A DNA stretch of 46,130 nucleotides from positions 1-46,130 of the IMG/VR virus record IMGVR_UViG_3300009678_000075; one strand, written 5' to 3'. Positions 9,182 through 18,344 of the stretch are shown piece by piece. The stretch's first letter is position 1; the number at the start of each line of letters is the position of its first letter. The position numbers were made by a program, and so were the translations under genes. The stretch is from a virus (taxonomy: Duplodnaviria > Caudoviricetes). The notes beneath the pieces were generated by a model. It saw nothing but the letters and a program-made list of their open reading frames with translations. It was not told where the DNA came from and ran no database searches.

Positions 9182-10369
9182 TTATCTCCTTATTCCACTT
9201 CTGAAACTTTCCATTGAGGCTTCAAGGGATTCTTCGGTACTCCCGGAATCACCATTGCTGCTGCCAGACCCGCCGCCTGGCAACCCGTTTTTTAGCGTCT
9301 CAATCTCCTTTGTAAGACGAGCGTTCTCGTTTTTAAGATCATTGTTGCGGATAGCTAGAATTGGGAAATTAGCTGCCCGCCCGAACGCAATTGCGGCGGA
9401 TTTGATCCGAGCCTCTGGAGTAAGACCAGTCAGTCCAAAAATTGCGGCCTGGGCAATTTTAGATCCCTTCTCGAACTGCTCCTTTTCACGGGGGTTATTT
9501 GAATCCGGCGTGTAAATATCCGGGTACTCACTTTGGAGGCGCTTGGTTTCGGATTCGAACAGTTGAGTCATGGCGGCCTCGTGTTTGGAACGTTCCACCG
9601 CCAGGTTTTGAGATTCCGCCTCGTGCCGTTCCAAGGCTTCGCGATATTCCTTCTTTGCATTCAGGATGTTTCGCCTGTGAGTGATGGCGATCTCCCAGTT
9701 GTCCCCCAGTATCGCTTTGGCCTTTTCCACCGCATCCTTGATGGGCAACTTGAGAATCGGGTCGAAATCATCCCAGCCAATCGCAACCTCCTCGCCCTCG
9801 TCGTTCTGTTTGGTGAATCCGCTCAACTCGTTCACCGCTACTTCCTGAGCCTGTTGCCAAGGCTTCTCGTACCTCTCCTTAAAGTCCGGCGAGTTAGCCA
9901 CGTCCACCTTGGCGAGCTGCTTGGAAAGCTTGTCCCGCGTCGCCTCAACGTCCGCCATCTTCTTTCGGTACGTCTCCAACTCAGCTTTGGCAGCATCCAG
10001 GGCCGCCCGGTTCTCATCGGATCTTGGCTGCGATTTTAACGTCTCAAATTCCGACTTGAGCCGATCAAATTCCTTGCGCGTCTTGAACAGCTCTTGACGA
10101 ACTAACTTGGCCGGCTTGGCTCCGAGTGACCGGTTGTACTGCTCAAATTCGGCATCATCCGTTTCCGGTTTCGTTTCCGGCTTCTTGGCCTCGACGGCAC
10201 CGGACAAATCGAGTTCATCAGATTTGGGTTCTTCCGGGCTCTTGGCTGGTTCCGGGTCGGGGGATGGTGGCGTCTCTGGAGGTTCAGCCGTTTCTGGCTT
10301 ATTCTCCATGAATGAAGAGATGCTATCACCGATAGACGGTGCCTCTGCGATTTCGGTATCAGACGGCAT
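9182..10369 (-). CDS. Capsid scaffolding protein
   Basis: 395 aa. Acidic Pro-rich N-terminus, long coiled coils and a Gly/Ser tail; downstream of the portal. Confidence 0.6.
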   Translation of the reverse strand: MPSDTEIAEAPSIGDSISSFMENKPETAEPPETPPSPDPEPAKSPEEPKSDELDLSGAVEAKKPETKPETDDAEFEQYNRSLGAKPAKLVRQELFKTRKEFDRLKSEFETLKSQPRSDENRAALDAAKAELETYRKKMADVEATRDKLSKQLAKVDVANSPDFKERYEKPWQQAQEVAVNELSGFTKQNDEGEEVAIGWDDFDPILKLPIKDAVEKAKAILGDNWEIAITHRRNILNAKKEYREALERHEAESQNLAVERSKHEAAMTQLFESETKRLQSEYPDIYTPDSNNPREKEQFEKGSKIAQAAIFGLTGLTPEARIKSAAIAFGRAANFPILAIRNNDLKNENARLTKEIETLKNGLPGGGSGSSNGDSGSTEESLEASMESFRSGIRR

Positions 10370-10598
10370 AATTCAATTTTCGAGTCTCTTTAGTGACTTC
10401 TTCTTGGAGTGGCAGCTCGCCTAGAATCCGGAGGATTTCAACGCCTCCCTTCATTCGGGCTTCGTCGCCTGGCTTGTCACCAAGGAAGCGCGAGTGTTGG
10501 GCGATGGCGAAGACACACGACTCCTTGAAGAATGGGTGAGATACCACATCCGCAAGCCATTGGGTTCGTTCCTTATTCCTTTGGAAAACTTCTTTCAT
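10359..10598 (-). CDS. Small hypothetical protein between portal and scaffold
   Basis: 79 aa, overlapping its neighbours. This position is conserved in podovirus-like head modules. Confidence 0.55.
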   Translation of the reverse strand: MKEVFQRNKERTQWLADVVSHPFFKESCVFAIAQHSRFLGDKPGDEARMKGGVEILRILGELPLQEEVTKETRKLNYAV

Positions 10599-10789
10599 GA
10601 TTTAACCATGGGACATGGAATCCAATTTTTCAGCCCGCCTTTCTTGATTTGAGCTGCAATTAACTTTCTCCATGCCGATTCTTTCTCTTCGTCAGTTTGG
10701 GTTCGAACCGTGATTGGATTGTCAGTTTCAACCCAATTCCCACACATCAGAATTCTACGGTGGTTTCCAAATAAAATGGGCGTGTTCAT
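10595..10789 (-). CDS. Hypothetical protein
   Basis: 64 aa. ATGA overlaps on both sides; AT-rich. Confidence 0.5.
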   Translation of the reverse strand: MNTPILFGNHRRILMCGNWVETDNPITVRTQTDEEKESAWRKLIAAQIKKGGLKNWIPCPMVKS

Positions 10790-13023
10790 GTGCCTCGATT
10801 GATTTTGGAAGCGGCTTCGGCGTCTTGGATGGCTAGGTCAGTCTGATGTTGGCGTAACTTGATACCTTCATCCAATTGGGCTTGCTGCATTCGGCGATTG
10901 GCTTCCTGTTGGAACGCTTCGTCCTTCCGGTTCTCCTTCGCCTTCGACGACATCCCGAGGATTTCCATCTTCGCTTGCTCCTTGATCCTGACTTTTTCAA
11001 TTTCAGCGATGTCGGCCCCGGATAGACCGCCATTGGACTTCTGGCTCTCCTCGAGGCGCTGTGCGTATGCCTTTATCATGTTCATCAGTTTGCCAGCTTC
11101 TTCGCTGAGGAATTTGGCGGCTTCCTTCCTTTGTGGGTCTTGGCTGATCTTTTCGATCTGTTCGAAAACCTCTTTAAGAATCGTGCTCAGACCCACGACT
11201 TCTTGATGCGTAGCCATTCCTCCAGAGTCATCTATACGCTTAACGATTACGCCAGCCCCTTTGATTAACCCTGTCGTGTACTGACCACGGGAAATACCGG
11301 GGGGCTCCATCACCGGAACACCTTGCATCAAAGATCCAATAGCCAGAGTTGCGAACTGAATCGCGGTGCTTTCGGTGACGGCCTCAGGCTTCACTAGTTG
11401 CGTCGCCAACTCCGGATCGTCGGTGTTGGCAATGGCGAACTGCCGGAGGATCTCGCGTTGGCTTTCTTCGTCGAAGGCCCCACGCGCACCCATGAGCTTG
11501 TCCACCTTGACCATCCTTAACGTATTGTTGCCTCCGCCTATCGGTTTGTTCACCCGGATGCGCCAGTTCTTAACATCAATCATGTCATCCGGAATACCCA
11601 ACTCGCTCATCTCCTCTTGGAACTTCTGCACGTCCTCGTCTCCGGAATTGCGCTTACAGAAGCGCCGGCAAATCTCCTTATATTCCTGCCGCTTGTTCTG
11701 GTAGAGCATCGTGAGCATTCCCGTAAGCAGGGCGCTCGCGGCATTAACCTTCGCGATAATCTCGGTTGCGGTTGCGTTTGGGTTAGTCGAGGAGGTATTC
11801 AGGTTTTCGGTGAAGCTCGCGCTAAACTCGCCCATCATCTGGCGGAGCTGTTGCAGTCCACCACCGACCAGGGATTCGTTGATGATGTGTCGTTCAGTAT
11901 TCGGTACAACCTGCCACCCATCAGGAACCATCCCGAAGTTGTGCATCCGGAACGCTGGGATTTGGTCCGGGTCTCCGCCCACCTTTTTGAAGTACATCGA
12001 GAGGTGTTCGAAGATGCTATCGAACAGCTTTGATCTACACCGGTTGTCGAGTTGGATGACGGCATAAAGCAGGAACCCGAGCGAACGAATGGTGTCGATC
12101 CTGAACGGCGGGACGGTGTTGCCGTCGGCCGTCGTGAGGCAAAGCACCTCCGAAATCTTATCGGCTACGGGCGATTTGCTCTGGAAAAGAAAGTCCTTCT
12201 TCGTGGAGGGGTCGCCGGCTCCCTGCGGCGTCACAAAGTCCCACGGCATTACCAGCAGTTGAACCTTCCCTTTGTCGTCGAGGTAGTACAGCTCCCACGT
12301 ATCGACCGTCGCCACCACGTCACTCGAGTAGTAGGCGCTGTTGGCCTTCATGTCCTCCGTGAACAGTTCCGGCTTCCAGTTGTAATCCTCGCTGCTGGTC
12401 GTCTTCTGAACCCGCTTGGCCGCCGCCTCGATCAATTTGTTGGCCAGTTCCTTGTTCCAGCCGGCCGGCGCGGACTCGAGTTTGGTCTTCAGCTCGCAGG
12501 GGGTGTAGCGCCGGAACACCGTGAAGAAGGCCAGGTTCCTCAAACTCACGAGGGTTCGGCCGGGGAACTTCGTATCCTCGAGGCTCGAGAAGTACGGACA
12601 CCAACGGTCCGGATGGTCCCAAATGAGGGGGGCGACACCGTGCAGGATCAGCGACGCAATGACCTGGCGCTGCTCCTCGATGTACACCGTGTTGCCGCGG
12701 ATTAGCTCGTTAATCTCGGTCGTGATGTACTGACCCCAGAGGCTTCGGAACTCTTCCGGGGCCTTTTTGAGCGTTACCGAGAACAAGGTGTCGTCGCCCA
12801 AAAGGGCCGCGTAAACCTTGCTACGAGCGTCGGAAGTGATCCGAGCGCCTTGCAGGAAGTTGGTGTTTGTGTCCGCGTGAGCTTCCAGGGCCTCCGCGTC
12901 CGTCATGGGCGGATCGCCGTTGAAAACCCTGTCAATCTCGGACCGGTTATGCGCTCGATTCGAATCCGCAACCCTAAGGTTGTCGATAACGGAATAGGCT
13001 TTACCTGGATCGTCGAATTGCAC
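10786..13023 (-). CDS. Portal protein (P22-like, long C-terminal helical barrel)
   Basis: 745 aa. Has the portal motif NATATEIIAKVNAASALL and a C-terminal Q/E/K coiled coil; lies upstream of the scaffold. Confidence 0.8.
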   Translation of the reverse strand: MQFDDPGKAYSVIDNLRVADSNRAHNRSEIDRVFNGDPPMTDAEALEAHADTNTNFLQGARITSDARSKVYAALLGDDTLFSVTLKKAPEEFRSLWGQYITTEINELIRGNTVYIEEQRQVIASLILHGVAPLIWDHPDRWCPYFSSLEDTKFPGRTLVSLRNLAFFTVFRRYTPCELKTKLESAPAGWNKELANKLIEAAAKRVQKTTSSEDYNWKPELFTEDMKANSAYYSSDVVATVDTWELYYLDDKGKVQLLVMPWDFVTPQGAGDPSTKKDFLFQSKSPVADKISEVLCLTTADGNTVPPFRIDTIRSLGFLLYAVIQLDNRCRSKLFDSIFEHLSMYFKKVGGDPDQIPAFRMHNFGMVPDGWQVVPNTERHIINESLVGGGLQQLRQMMGEFSASFTENLNTSSTNPNATATEIIAKVNAASALLTGMLTMLYQNKRQEYKEICRRFCKRNSGDEDVQKFQEEMSELGIPDDMIDVKNWRIRVNKPIGGGNNTLRMVKVDKLMGARGAFDEESQREILRQFAIANTDDPELATQLVKPEAVTESTAIQFATLAIGSLMQGVPVMEPPGISRGQYTTGLIKGAGVIVKRIDDSGGMATHQEVVGLSTILKEVFEQIEKISQDPQRKEAAKFLSEEAGKLMNMIKAYAQRLEESQKSNGGLSGADIAEIEKVRIKEQAKMEILGMSSKAKENRKDEAFQQEANRRMQQAQLDEGIKLRQHQTDLAIQDAEAASKINRGT

Positions 13024-13473
13024 TCAAGTGCAGGATTCGCCCTCCTTGCGCCTCAGAACAAGTGAAAAAGGATGACCCGGAACGGCTTCGAAGCCTAAAT
13101 CCATGTAAAACTTCCTAAGGCCAGCGTCATCAATTGGTGGTTTCTTGAGTTGGAATTGGGACACTTCGAAAGAATCGGCCTCCACATACACCTCATTTTG
13201 TGTGACCACATGATCCAAGGCAAACCTCATAATGGAACCACCAATTCCTTTACCCCTTAGTTCCGGATGAACAAACAGGGACATTATCCTTGAGAAGTTT
13301 GGCCCATTTACGACAACACATTCGCCTACCGTACAAACCTCAGGGGGTAAGTTGAACATTGTCGCCAGCACCTTATCGAAGGTCTTACCGTATAAAATCC
13401 TGAATCGGGGATCTGGATACGAATCGTATCGAGTGGCCTCTTTGGGGCTCATTATGATTTCTTCAGGATTCAT
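13024..13473 (-). CDS. GNAT-family acetyltransferase
   Basis: Acetyl-CoA motif A (LFVHPELRGKGIGGSIM) and motif B (LRKFYMDLGFE). Confidence 0.85.
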   Translation of the reverse strand: MNPEEIIMSPKEATRYDSYPDPRFRILYGKTFDKVLATMFNLPPEVCTVGECVVVNGPNFSRIMSLFVHPELRGKGIGGSIMRFALDHVVTQNEVYVEADSFEVSQFQLKKPPIDDAGLRKFYMDLGFEAVPGHPFSLVLRRKEGESCT

Positions 13474-13763
13474 TGGCAGGCGTGGTTGATGGCTTCAACT
13501 TCCAATCCACAGTCAGGACAGAACTTCACCAGGTCCTCCGGTAACCTGGAAATTTTCCGGGTCGAATCATCGTACTTATACAATTTCACGTCTTTGGTTT
13601 TCAGGCACTTAGGCTTTACGAGACCACGCTTCCACAAATTTAAGGTGGAAATTAACAGGTCGAAATCGTCTTCAGACATTCCAAGTGGAATTTGGGCGTA
13701 ACCAATTCCAAGCGGGATTATTAGATATTGCCTAGTTGTGGCTCTTGACTTCGTGAAGTTCAC
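13470..13763 (-). CDS. Hypothetical protein with a C-terminal Zn-ribbon-like CxxC
   Basis: 97 aa. KPKC...KFCPDCGLEVE; overlapping start and stop. Confidence 0.55.
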   Translation of the reverse strand: MNFTKSRATTRQYLIIPLGIGYAQIPLGMSEDDFDLLISTLNLWKRGLVKPKCLKTKDVKLYKYDDSTRKISRLPEDLVKFCPDCGLEVEAINHACQ

Positions 13764-13981
13764 TGCTCTTCCTTCCTTCGTGACACATTGGATTCATGGT
13801 CCAACGCCCATTGAATCCATTTCACGAAGCAAGCGTGAGAACAAAACTGGAGCGTTCGAAGTTGTTCCGGTAGCAGGATACCCGAAGACATATTTCTCGG
13901 GTGGTAGCCCCTCAGTTCAATCGGTAGAGGATGCGATTGCTTCTTTCCGCACCCGTCTAGGTCGCATGTGTAGTGAATCAT
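13760..13981 (-). CDS. Small Cys-rich (zinc-binding) protein
   Basis: 73 aa. CDLDGC...FCSHAC motifs. Confidence 0.6.
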   Translation of the reverse strand: MIHYTCDLDGCGKKQSHPLPIELRGYHPRNMSSGILLPEQLRTLQFCSHACFVKWIQWALDHESNVSRRKEEQ

Positions 13982-14319
13982 AGCTTGGGTTGTTTCTTCG
14001 GACTCGCCTGTTCCGCTATCGCCAGTCCCAGTAGCCGTTTTGATTCTAGCTTCAGTTGGTTAATGAAGTCTTCGGTGGCGCTCTTGTTCGTGTCGATGGC
14101 CCGGAGCATGCGTTTCTCGATAACCTTAGCATCATCCTCGATGTCGAGTGCCAGGGAATCCAGGGAGGTAGCCAGCTTAACGGCCGTGTCCTTGTCCTTC
14201 GAGAGTGCTACTGAAGTGAGGAGAGCTGCTTCGGCCAGTAACTCGCGCTTGAGCTTGAGTGTAGTGCCAGCAAAGACGGTGGTGAACTGTTCAAGGTTGG
14301 TGATTTGTATGTGTTTCAT
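13978..14319 (-). CDS. Hypothetical helical protein
   Basis: 113 aa with biased codon usage; ATG directly after the dnaB stop. Confidence 0.6.
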   Translation of the reverse strand: MKHIQITNLEQFTTVFAGTTLKLKRELLAEAALLTSVALSKDKDTAVKLATSLDSLALDIEDDAKVIEKRMLRAIDTNKSATEDFINQLKLESKRLLGLAIAEQASPKKQPKL

Positions 14320-14322
14320 GGT

Positions 14323-15624
14323 TTATGCTGCGTTCTCGAATCTTGTGCGCTTAGAGTTGAAGTATGTTTTCACTGTGCCGATCTCGCCATCACGCGCCTT
14401 TGCGACATAAAGGTAAGCATCGCTTGGATCATTCTTATCACGGTGCATCAAAATCACGGTGTCCGCGTCCCGTTCGATCTGTCCAGAGTCCGCTAAATCT
14501 GATAAGCGTGGTGAACGGCCTTTGTCCTTATCGGATTCCCGATTCAACTGAGCAATCGTTAGCAGAGCCACTTTGGTATGCCGGGCCAGTGCTTGAAGTT
14601 GACCGCTCACTTCTCCAATCTCATAGGTGCGCTTCTCGTGGCGCATATTCGCTCTTAGCTTCTGGAGGTAGTCAATCACCACGAGTTTTATTCCGTGGTT
14701 CTTCACGAATCGTTTAACAGTCGAGCAAACCGTACTGGCGCTGATCCCGGACACTCCATCGACAAACCACAACGGAGCTTTGCTCGCCGTGTACGTGAAC
14801 GCTTTGATTTTCCCGAAGTCATCATCCGTAAGCTGGCCAGTACGCATCGTTTTTATACCTACTCCAGTGTAACCGGAACACATCCGGCGAACCAATGAGG
14901 CTGGTGACATCTCGCAAGTAACGACCAGAGTCGGAACGCCACCCTTGATGCAGGCAGCCTCTACGACGTTCATTCCAAGAGCTGTCTTTCCAATGCTTGG
15001 CCTGGCCGCGATCAAGGTCTGCTCTCCAGGCTGAAGACCGTCGAGCATAGAATCGAGGTCCACTAGTCCAGTGGTGATGCCGCCGAGCTGGCCACGCCGG
15101 TTGTAACGTTCCTGTGTGTCATTGATGCAAGTCATCACTGCTTCCTTCACTTCGAAACAACCCGCCGTAGTGACTAACTGATCCAAATGCGATTCCATGA
15201 GAGAGAACAATCCATCCACCGGAAACATTGGATCTTTAGCCTTCTCTTGAAGGGTCATACCTAACTTCAAAAGTTTACGCTTCGTCGCCATGTCCTCGAG
15301 GGACTTCAAATAAAATGGGAAGACCTGAACATTGGGGGTGTGTAGGTCGATGATTTCCCGAACGTAAGTGAGTCCACCCACTTCCTTCGCGTATTCCTTG
15401 AGAGCAATGCAGACCGTCAAATCGTCAATCGGTTCATGACGCTCACGCATCCCCACGATGAATTCAAAAAGCGCCTGATGTCTGGAATCGTAGAATAAAG
15501 CGACGCCATTGGATTTGTGTTTATCGAGGATGCTGTCGAGGCAATCGCTCTTGAGCATGATGAATCCGAGCATCGCTTGTTCCTCTTCGGCGAGGAACGG
15601 CGGGTAGTCCGGTGTTTCGCTCAT
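14323..15624 (-). CDS. dnaB: Replicative DNA helicase, DnaB family
   Basis: Likely start is ATG 15624 (MSETPDYPP...EEEQAMLG). Walker A AARPSIGKT, VVIDYLQ, AQLNRE, RSPRLSDLADSGQIERDAD, KARDGEIG. Confidence 0.95.
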   Translation of the reverse strand: MSETPDYPPFLAEEEQAMLGFIMLKSDCLDSILDKHKSNGVALFYDSRHQALFEFIVGMRERHEPIDDLTVCIALKEYAKEVGGLTYVREIIDLHTPNVQVFPFYLKSLEDMATKRKLLKLGMTLQEKAKDPMFPVDGLFSLMESHLDQLVTTAGCFEVKEAVMTCINDTQERYNRRGQLGGITTGLVDLDSMLDGLQPGEQTLIAARPSIGKTALGMNVVEAACIKGGVPTLVVTCEMSPASLVRRMCSGYTGVGIKTMRTGQLTDDDFGKIKAFTYTASKAPLWFVDGVSGISASTVCSTVKRFVKNHGIKLVVIDYLQKLRANMRHEKRTYEIGEVSGQLQALARHTKVALLTIAQLNRESDKDKGRSPRLSDLADSGQIERDADTVILMHRDKNDPSDAYLYVAKARDGEIGTVKTYFNSKRTRFENAA

Positions 15625-15797
15625 CGTTGCGTCCTCCCGGCTAGGTAGGCCGTCCAGGCCAGGTCGTAAGCCACTTCCTTCTTCTTGGTCGGGAGCCCCA
15701 ACTGTAGGGCTTTGGCGTACCAAGCAGGCCATAAGAGTGCAAATTCAAGGCGGGCCGCTTTGACGATTTCTTCGTGGGTGGTGTTTTCAGTGCTCAT
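15621..15797 (-). CDS. Hypothetical protein (58 aa)
   Basis: MSTENTTHEEIV...; ATGA overlaps with the initiator and dnaB. Confidence 0.55.
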   Translation of the reverse strand: MSTENTTHEEIVKAARLEFALLWPAWYAKALQLGLPTKKKEVAYDLAWTAYLAGRTQR

Positions 15798-16534
15798 AGT
15801 GTTTGTCGTATGTCCATCAGGTCTTTCTTGTGGGTTGAAATTGCCAGTTGGGGTTGTCCGCGTTCCGTTTCCAACCTCAGCTTCCAGCCAGCCATGGAGT
15901 AATGCCACGACTTCATGAGGTTCTTTCCTACCCTCCAACCGTTCGAGGCGTAGTAGGCTTCGAATTTCAACGCCTCTACTTCGGCCAACCCGCACTTTGC
16001 TGCGTGGAGTAGAATCTCTTCTCGGCTAGGAATCTTGAAACCCTTGGGGGGAGATTGCCCGTTAGGGCTTTCTTTTTCCGAAGTTGAAGATGAAGATTGA
16101 GATGAAGGGGGGGGGGGTCCCTTTGTGCCACCCTTTGTGCCACCCTTTGGACCACCTTTGGACTCACCTTTGTCTTTTGTGAAATTAGGGTTCCCGCCGC
16201 CCTTTTTGCCAGCTTCGGAGCATTTCTGACGCTTCTCCTCGTCCCGTACCATGCGACGTGAGCACAAAGCCCCCTCTAAGGTACGTCCTAAGGTGCCCTT
16301 AAAGGTCAGCTCTAAGGTGGCCGCTAAGGTCTCGGCCTTGTCTCCACCCACAGCTAGCGCAATATCTTCGTCACTCCACGGGACTCCACCGGTCGCAAGC
16401 ACCCCTCGTTCTTCCGACTCGTGCATGAGGCACAGAATGTCGATCAGCACCCCTTTGGCGCGATGCGACAACCTTCGGACGCAGGGGTCCTTCATCCAAT
16501 CGCCCGGATAGAACTGGAATGCCGGCAGCTTCAT
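15794..16534 (-). CDS. Phage replication initiator (YdaU/DUF1376-like N-terminus; functional analogue of lambda O)
   Basis: MKLPAFQFYPGDWMKD...SHRAKGVLIDILCLM, RRMVRDEEKRQKCSEAGKKGGGNP, C-terminal FEAYYASNGWRVGKNLMKSW. Lies upstream of dnaB and contains internal DNA repeats. Confidence 0.8.
   Translation of the reverse strand: MKLPAFQFYPGDWMKDPCVRRLSHRAKGVLIDILCLMHESEERGVLATGGVPWSDEDIALAVGGDKAETLAATLELTFKGTLGRTLEGALCSRRMVRDEEKRQKCSEAGKKGGGNPNFTKDKGESKGGPKGGTKGGTKGPPPPSSQSSSSTSEKESPNGQSPPKGFKIPSREEILLHAAKCGLAEVEALKFEAYYASNGWRVGKNLMKSWHYSMAGWKLRLETERGQPQLAISTHKKDLMDIRQTL
16107..16330. repeat. Iteron-like repeats inside the initiator gene (putative replication origin)
   Basis: CCTTTG at 16120, 16132, 16144, 16155, 16167 and oppositely oriented (T/A)AAGGT at 16277, 16289, 16301, 16313, 16325. 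G11 run at 16107-16117. Confidence 0.6.
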
Positions 16535-16538
16535 GGCG

Positions 16539-17000
16539 TCAGTGCTTTAGGTCGAAGCGGTACTCGGCTGCTTCCTCAAACTTGCTAAAAACAACGCTCC
16601 AAAAATAGTCGTCCGTTTCGTTATCCCATCCACCGTTAAACCACCAAACATGACGATTGGAATTTCGGTGATTTCCACAAATTAGATAGCAAAGAAGCCC
16701 CACATTCTCGTCCATTAATTCACAGAACCTATTTCCAAGGTTATCCATGTGGGTGTCAGTTACTTCTGAAGGCTTAAGCTCTATTATGCAATCCCAGTAA
16801 TTACTGCCTTCGTATTGCCTTTTCACATAGAAATCTGGCTTCCAACCGTCAACTTCATACTCGTTCGGTTCGTATTCCCAAATCAACTTACCAGAATGAG
16901 CTAAATCCAGAGCCCGAGCGAAAATCGCCTCGGACTTGGAACGGAACCGAATGCCTCGATATTCCGTTGGAATCGCTTTCCTGATTCCACTGGAATTCAC
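16539..17000 (-). CDS. PD-(D/E)xK nuclease
   Basis: TEYRGIRFRSKSEA...WEYEP...WKPDFYV...IELKP. Confidence 0.8.
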   Translation of the reverse strand: MNSSGIRKAIPTEYRGIRFRSKSEAIFARALDLAHSGKLIWEYEPNEYEVDGWKPDFYVKRQYEGSNYWDCIIELKPSEVTDTHMDNLGNRFCELMDENVGLLCYLICGNHRNSNRHVWWFNGGWDNETDDYFWSVVFSKFEEAAEYRFDLKH

Positions 17001-17179
17001 GCTGCCTCCTTACGCTTGCTCCGTTCCTCCTTTCGACGCTTCCGAATGTCCTCTTCCACAGCCTCCGAAACTAGGTCTTGGATTGTGCCTCCGAACTCAG
17101 CGACGAACATTTTGGCCTTACGCCAGACATCCTGGTTTATCAAAACCATGGTCCGCTTTTGGATTTCCTTCGTGTCCAT
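16997..17179 (-). CDS. Ribbon-helix-helix DNA-binding protein
   Basis: 60 aa with a beta-alpha-alpha pattern (KRTMVLINQDVWRKAKMFVAEFGGTIQDLVSEAVEEDI) and a basic tail. Confidence 0.7.
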   Translation of the reverse strand: MDTKEIQKRTMVLINQDVWRKAKMFVAEFGGTIQDLVSEAVEEDIRKRRKEERSKRKEAA

Positions 17180-17226
17180 AAATATCGTGTGGACACAGTA
17201 AATAGGTAAAGTTAGATACGTGTCAA
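17172..17226 (-). promoter_or_regulatory. Putative sigma70 promoter and operator for the replication module
   Basis: Perfect TTGACA (17226-17221) followed by AT-rich -10 candidates. Inverted repeat GTGTCCA (17172-17178) / TGGACAC (17190-17196); a third GTGTC overlaps the -35. Confidence 0.55.
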
Positions 17227-17227
17227 G

Positions 17228-17749
17228 TCACCACTTCTGGCCGACGTACATGATGTTGTAATCGCCTTCGAATTGCTCGGTTAGCTGGTCGCATATCGTC
17301 CGCACCGGTATCCCGTACATCGACATCCGTTGGCTGATCTCCCCGGCGTAGCTCTCGTGCTTGTGAGCGCAGTTCGGCGGCTGTCCTTTCGCTAAAGCGG
17401 CGGCCCACAGTGCTTTATCCGGCAGCAGGATTATCAGGTTGCCACCAGACTTGAGCACGCGCACCCACTCGCGCAGAACCGGTTTCCATTCGAACACGTC
17501 TTCCAAGAGGTGGCTCGAGTACACCGTGTCCACCGTGGCGTCCTTGAATGGCAGGTCGAAGGCGCTGCCGTGCCACTGCGGTTCGACCATTGGCGTTGAT
17601 CCGGACGTGTAGTGTTTGAACTCCGCGGTAGGCAGTTCCACCTGGATCGCGTGTGGGACCACGGGGCAACCTCCGCTCCCGAGGTCGATGACGTTGCCGG
17701 CGATGTACGGCAGAGTTAGGTGCCGGTACTTTTCTGTTTCATAGGCCAT
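17228..17749 (-). CDS. Class I SAM-dependent methyltransferase (Methyltransf_11-like)
   Basis: VIDLGSGG, LPFKDATVDTVYSSHLLED, LREWVRVLKSGGNL. Confidence 0.9.
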   Translation of the reverse strand: MAYETEKYRHLTLPYIAGNVIDLGSGGCPVVPHAIQVELPTAEFKHYTSGSTPMVEPQWHGSAFDLPFKDATVDTVYSSHLLEDVFEWKPVLREWVRVLKSGGNLIILLPDKALWAAALAKGQPPNCAHKHESYAGEISQRMSMYGIPVRTICDQLTEQFEGDYNIMYVGQKW

Positions 17750-18344
17750 AGTATCTGGGGTAATTGTCGGTTGATGTTACAAGCACTTGGTTTCCTGATA
17801 TGCAGATTATTTTTAGTCCGCTATCTAACACGGCACGCTGGACATCACCGTATATGGTTAGCCAATCGTCAAAGAACAGATAGGGAATCTTCAACTCACA
17901 GCACCACAGGATGTCGGCGACCACGTTCTCGTAGTCGTGAGCACCGTCGATGAACGCGAAATCGAACGCTCCAGGCATTAAATGCGACGCTTTCTCCCTA
18001 TCCATGAAGCAGAAGCGTAATTTACCTTGATTCTCACAAACCCGAACAGCTTCCATAACACGGTCATCAATTTTAACATCCACAGAGACCATGCTTGCAG
18101 TCGTGTTCCTAAGCCAGAACATGGACGAATGACCGAGATTGAACCCTATCTCTAATATGGATCTTGGCTTTGCCAGGTACAGAGCCAGCCGCATGGATCG
18201 GTAGTTGTGTGCGGTACAATAACCGCAGTCGCCTTCCTGGTATTTCGGCAACTTATCGGAGATGATGTCGAACTCCACCAAGTCATCCGGGTAAGGCCGG
18301 CGCAGCTCCTTATCCATCGTCTGCTCGTACTCCTCGAAGGTCAT
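17739..18344 (-). CDS. Class I SAM-dependent methyltransferase (Methyltransf_24-like)
   Basis: KPRSILEIGFNLGHSS, FDFAFIDGAHDYENVVAD, FDD. Confidence 0.9.
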   Translation of the reverse strand: MTFEEYEQTMDKELRRPYPDDLVEFDIISDKLPKYQEGDCGYCTAHNYRSMRLALYLAKPRSILEIGFNLGHSSMFWLRNTTASMVSVDVKIDDRVMEAVRVCENQGKLRFCFMDREKASHLMPGAFDFAFIDGAHDYENVVADILWCCELKIPYLFFDDWLTIYGDVQRAVLDSGLKIICISGNQVLVTSTDNYPRYYGL

